DNA from: Eledone cirrhosa
Taxonomy: Eukaryota
Direction: 5' to 3'
Assembly (NCBI GenBank): GCA_964016885.1
Contig: CAXHJY010001246.1
Span: 1-64,000, forward strand
DNA: 64,000 bases
Shown: positions 57,101 through 64,000 of the stretch, piece by piece
Layout of the letters: each line of letters opens with the position of its first letter
Position numbering within the stretch: position 1 is the first letter of the stretch
Made by a program: the position numbers and the translations under genes
The notes under the pieces: model-generated
Database searches by the model: none
What the model was told of the DNA's origin: nothing
The model's input: only the letters and a program-made list of their open reading frames with translations

Positions 57101-57106
57101 ACCATG

Positions 57107-57142
<36 letters not shown>

Positions 57143-57682
57143 CAGGCACATTGCGAAGAAGGTTAAAATGAACAGAAAGAGAAAGAGAGGGAGAGGGGGA
57201 GGAAGGGGGTGTGCTGGAATGAAAAGGAAAAGTTAGAGCTAAAAGTATGTATGTCAAATAACAGAAACGATCCTGCAAAGAGAAAGATATATAGAGAGAT
57301 GGAGTGAGTGAGTGAGAGAGGGAGAGAGATAAAGAGTGAGTGAGATATATATATATAGAGCGTGAGATAGAGTGAGTGAGTGAGAAAGAGTGAGATAGAG
57401 TGAGTGAGTGAGAGAGAGTGAAGGAGAGAGTAGAAACAGGCGATGGATTTTTCCTGTTTACATGTCTATAAAAGAATTGGCAGATCTACTCGTACTGCCT
57501 CTCTCTTTTGTTCTCGTTCAATTTTTCACTATATATATATATATAAAACTGAATACTAACCAATACAATCACTAATTCTCATTTATTCCTAATTAAACTA
57601 TTTTTCACTGTGAACAATTTGTCAGCATTTTCTATTCCGTTTACCAATATATAATAACTTGTGTGTTACACCTCTATTCTTT

Positions 57683-57776
<94 letters not shown>

Positions 57777-57880
57777 TTGCAGGAAACATTTAAACGTGTG
57801 TATAAGACAAAATGATGAAAAAGACAAGGATGGAGAAGATAGAGAAAAAGAGAGAGGAGGAGGAGTAGAATGATGAGAGT

Positions 57881-57934
<54 letters not shown>

Positions 57935-58230
57935 TGAAGGTGAGTGAGATTAAACAAGTGTATGTGTGTATATCATATATGTATATGTATATAGGTATGT
58001 ATGTATGTGTATTTATTTATGCATGGATGTATATGTATTTATATGTATGAATATATGTGTGTATGTATCTATCTATCTATATATATATATGTTTGTATAT
58101 ATGTATGTATATGCGTATGTACTTATGTAAATATGAAAGTATGTATGTATTATATATATATATGTGTGTGTATTTATGCATGTATGTATATATATGTTTC
58201 TGTGTATGTATGCATGTGTATGTATGCATG

Positions 58231-58261
<31 letters not shown>

Positions 58262-58668
58262 GTAATGTATATCTATATGTTTGTATATATGTATGTATAT
58301 ATGTATGTATCTATGTATATATGTATGTATATACGTATGTATATGTGTATGTATATATCTATGTATATATAAATGTATGTAAGTATGTATGTATGTATAT
58401 GTGTATGTATATGTATGTATGTATGTATATATGTATGTATATATATATATATATGTATGTATATATGTATGTATATGTATGTATGTATGTATGTATATAT
58501 GTTTGGTAAATATCATCTTGGTTAAGAGAGTGGGACTGGCTTTGTGCAGTGCCTTTACTCACTATAAAAGCTTCACGGCACAGGCATTGCTTTGTATCTG
58601 GAGATCTCTCTGCACTTGTCATTACATGGTACCATGGGCCCAGCACTATGTATGTATATATGTATGTA

Positions 58669-58728
<60 letters not shown>

Positions 58729-58788
58729 TATGTATGTATATATGTATGTATGTATTTATGTATATATGTATGTATATGTATGTATGTA

Positions 58789-58871
<83 letters not shown>

Positions 58872-59020
58872 ATATATATATGTATATATGTATGTATATA
58901 TGTATTTATGTATATATGTATATATGTATGTATATATATATATATGTGTATGTATATATATATGTATATATATATATGTGTATGTATATATATATATATG
59001 TATATATATATATGTGTATG

Positions 59021-59083
<63 letters not shown>

Positions 59084-59222
59084 GTATATATGTATGTATA
59101 TATATATATGTATATATGTATGTATGAATTGCGGGTACCTGAATTAGATAAAGGTGGTAAGATGAGATATAGTGAAACACAGAAATATATTTATATCCGT
59201 TCATCTCTCTATCTATCTATCC

Positions 59223-59271
<49 letters not shown>

Positions 59272-59388
59272 AGTCTCTCTCTTTCCCTTTCTCTCTCTCT
59301 CTCTGTATATATCGATATATACATATATATAATCTACCCTCGTAATTTTAGACACCGGTCTACTGTGTATACTTCTACACACACACAC

Positions 59389-59475
<87 letters not shown>

Positions 59476-59506
59476 ATATATATATATATGTGTGTATATA
59501 TATATA

Positions 59507-59596
<90 letters not shown>

Positions 59597-59607
59597 CATA
59601 TATATAC

Positions 59608-59656
<49 letters not shown>

Positions 59657-59667
59657 CATATATATAC

Positions 59668-59752
<85 letters not shown>

Positions 59753-59763
59753 CATATATATAC

Positions 59764-59794
<31 letters not shown>

Positions 59795-59799
59795 TACAC

Positions 59800-59941
<142 letters not shown>

Positions 59942-59945
59942 ATAT

Positions 59946-60180
<235 letters not shown>

Positions 60181-60348
60181 TATATATATGCTGATAGGGA
60201 GATAGATATAGAGAAAACTAAATAAAAAATGTGTATTTCAGTCTCTCTCTCTCTCTCTTATTGAGAGAGAGAGAGAGACAGAAAGACAGTGAGAAAGGGG
60301 GCGCGGGGGGGGGGGGGTTAGATAGATATAGAAATAGATATAAATATT

Positions 60349-60427
<79 letters not shown>

Positions 60428-60933
60428 ATGTGTGTGTTTGTGTGTGTTTGTGTGGGTGTGTTTGTGTGTGTATATGTAAGTGTGTGTGAATGACTGTACG
60501 ACCGTGTGTCTATGTATATGCGTGTAAGTATGTAATATATACACCTATCCAGAATGTCAGAGAACGAACGCTCGCGGCTGATACAGTTAAGCAAGGCTGC
60601 TGCTGCTGTTGTGACTGCTGCTACTGCTGCTGCTGCTGCTGTTGTGACTGCTGCTACTGCTGCTGCTGGTGTCAGCCACAAAGTGAAAATCAAGCTCGAC
60701 GTACTTTTCACGACACAACACAGCGCGGATTCCAGCACTTTTCATTAATTCATTGAAGAAGAAAACTTTCTACTTGTCTCCTCCATCTGCCATGGAATAA
60801 GACAGCCAAGTGTCTAAAAACACAAGGAAACTGATCTGTCGAAGAGAAAACTATACATACATATATATATTTACATATATTTACATATATTCATATGCAT
60901 AAATAGATAGATACACACACACACACACACAGA

Positions 60934-60972
<39 letters not shown>

Positions 60973-61130
60973 TTACACACATATAGACACACGCGCACAC
61001 ACAAACAAACACACACACAGACACACAGACACACACACATATATATTTATATATATATATATACAAACATATATATAACAAATAGAAAATAAATACACAC
61101 ACACGCCTACATATATGTATATATATATAT

Positions 61131-61209
<79 letters not shown>

Positions 61210-61319
61210 TAGAGAGAGTGATGGTGGTGTCTATATCTAAGAAATAAATTTACAGTAAGAAAGAGCGGGAAAGTGAAACCGAATGTTTAAAGTCTGGTAA
61301 GGTAAACCGGAGGTTTTCT

Positions 61320-62205
61320 AATAACAACAACACCAACAACAACAACAACATTAACACCACCAACAACTACAACAATAACACCACCAACAACAACAACGTT
61401 AACACCACCAACAACAACAACAACATTAACACCACCACCAACAACAACAACAATAACGCCACCAACAACAACAACAACAACACCAACAACAACATTAACA
61501 CCACCACCAACAACAACAACAATAACGCCACCAACAACAACACCACCAACAACAACAACATTAACACCACCAACAACAACAACAACAACACCAACAACAA
61601 CATTAACACCACCACCAACAACAACAACAATAACGCCACCAACAACAACACCACCAACAACAACAACATTAACACCACCAACAACAACAACGTTAACACC
61701 ACCAACAACAACAACAACATTAACACCACCACCAACAACAACAACAATAACGCCACCAACAACAACAACAACAACACCAACAACAACATTAACACCACCA
61801 CCAACAACAACAACAATAACGCCACCAACAACAACACCACCAACAACAACAACATTAACACCACCAACAACAACAATAACACCACCACCACAACAACAAC
61901 ACCACCAACAACAACACCACCATCACCATCAACAACAACACCACCATCACCAACACCACCACCACAACGACAATAACACCACCACCACAACAACAATAAC
62001 ACCACCACCACCATCAACAACAACAACAACACCACCACCACCACCATCACCGCCACCACCATCAACAATAACAACAACAACACCACCACCAACATCACCA
62101 CCATCACCACCAACAACAACACCACCACCAACAACAACATCACCACCACCAACAACAACAATAATTATAATATATTAATAATAATAATAATAATAATAAT
62201 AATCA
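61320..62205. repeat. (AAC/CAC)n compound repeat with higher-order units
   Basis: Marker triplets ATT AAC ACC and AAT AAC GCC recur periodically. Confidence 0.95.
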
Positions 62206-62226
62206 CACGCGCACCCACAGACAGAT

Positions 62227-62261
<35 letters not shown>

Positions 62262-63292
62262 TGTATGTATATATGTATATCTGGATTCGCAACAGAAACA
62301 CATTTCAGTGTAAAAGACTCTAATGCCTTCTACGAGATGTATTGAGTTCCTTTTTCTGTCGTCGAAAATCTTGGACATTTGAATATATATATGACGTATA
62401 TATATATATATATATATACGTCATTCATTTAATACAAAAGAAAGGTAAGTCGACTTATTAATTGTAATTTCTTCTTCTTCTTCTTCTTCTTTTTCTTCTG
62501 TTTGTTGTTATAGATGATGTTGTTAATGCTGTTACGTTTAACACCCAGTCTCCCAAATCGAAGCCATTCCTTCGTGTTTTTTTTTTTATTTCTGCTGGAA
62601 TGGACAGGGAGATGTCTTTTTGTGTCCACAGTTATAGCTTTATGGTGAATGTGTATGATTCGCAGCCACGTGGCTTTCCGATTCATGACCACGGCGTGGC
62701 ACCTTGAGCAAGTATCTCATATAGAGATTTGGTGGACGGTAACTGCTAAAGGCCTATCATATGTGAAGCTAATATAACTGTGTAATTTGGCCTCCTGTGT
62801 TTTTGTTTTGTTTCCTTTATTAACTATATATATATATATATATATACGCGTATATACATGTGTGTGTGTGTGTGTGTGTGTTATGTGAACTAGACAGAAA
62901 TTACATTGGAAACAACACATCATATAAATATATATATATACATTTCACAGAACTTATGTTCACCGAATTCAGGGACTAGACTCCTTCTTCCACCGTTTGA
63001 CCTGTGCGGAATCCCTTCCTTGCTCACATTTCAACTAGGTTTGATGGTCTTTATTCCTTCTCGCCCACGATTTCACAGAACTTATATTCATAGAATTCAG
63101 GGACTTGACTCCTTCTTCCTCACTTTTCGTTGCATTACCATCTTTGATTGTTTACAGTTTCGCTCGTTCCCCTTATTTACGTGTCCCAACGACTTTCTTT
63201 AGCCGTTGCTCGCACCAACCGGAGGTATATGGTCTTTAAAGCGATGAAATACCAATGAAGGTTGGGAGATCACTGATGAAGGACTAAATTTA

Positions 63293-63397
<105 letters not shown>

Positions 63398-63494
63398 GAA
63401 AGATATATACTTTATATCATTATATATATTTCGAAGTTTTATGTATAACATAAAGCAAAACATGCCTTCCTGACATAAAATACATAGAAAATAA

Positions 63495-63548
<54 letters not shown>

Positions 63549-63886
63549 TGTATTAAGACTAAATAGTGAGTCTTGTTATTCTGGCGTCTGGCCTATTTTT
63601 CATCAGACAAAAACTCATACAAATATATAAATATATATATATATATATATTGTTTTACTTTGGTAAGGTCATGCTGCCAATAAAAACACGCGCGCCTGTT
63701 ATGTTTCACTTCAAATTATTATAATTTTGAGTCGATTGGTTTAATAACCAGATGGTTGTTTACTTGTTGATTGTCCTCGAAGCTCTTTCGTCACATTCTG
63801 TGACCTCCTCTGACTACCTTTGTGGCTACTCTGTATCTCTACTTTGTTTTGTTTTACAACATCATGTTTTTGTGACAAATATGTGT

Positions 63887-63937
<51 letters not shown>

Positions 63938-64000
63938 TGTGTACGTGCCTGTGTCTATGATTGGGATTATGTCAAATATCACAATGAAATACATAGATTA

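Noticed and set aside
63775-63820. Minus-strand CAGAGGA-G-GTCACA gaa TGTGAC-GAAAGAGCTTC
   Set aside because: Good stem II, but the core is mutated and stem I does not pair

Overview
AT-rich, microsatellite-saturated animal DNA. The dominant tRNA-derived SINE looks like the octopod SINE family, so this is probably an octopus/cephalopod intron or intergenic region (inference). No intact host gene is recognisable, and nearly all listed ORFs are (TA)n/(CA)n/(GA)n artefacts. The non-simple sequence is retroelement debris: Penelope-like elements (two GIY-YIG ends resembling the Hydra clade, one RT), three R4/Dong-type RLE LINEs (two clearly flanked by (TAA)n), RTE, L1/Tx1 and Vingi/Ingi fragments, a Helitron 3' end, a mariner TIR and about 20 SINE copies. 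The main hidden signal is a dense field of minimal type I hammerhead ribozymes (CUGANGA-stem II-GAAA-short palindromic stem III-UH). I folded by eye about 12 well-formed and about 8 degenerate copies from several families on both strands, most close to (TA)n tracts. Two copies carry the compensatory U3-A8 core and three carry a CCGAUGA core. Several long palindromes appear to have formed by snap-back inside ribozyme-bearing pseudo-LTRs. All RNA structures were paired manually, none was computed, and coordinates of degraded elements are approximate.
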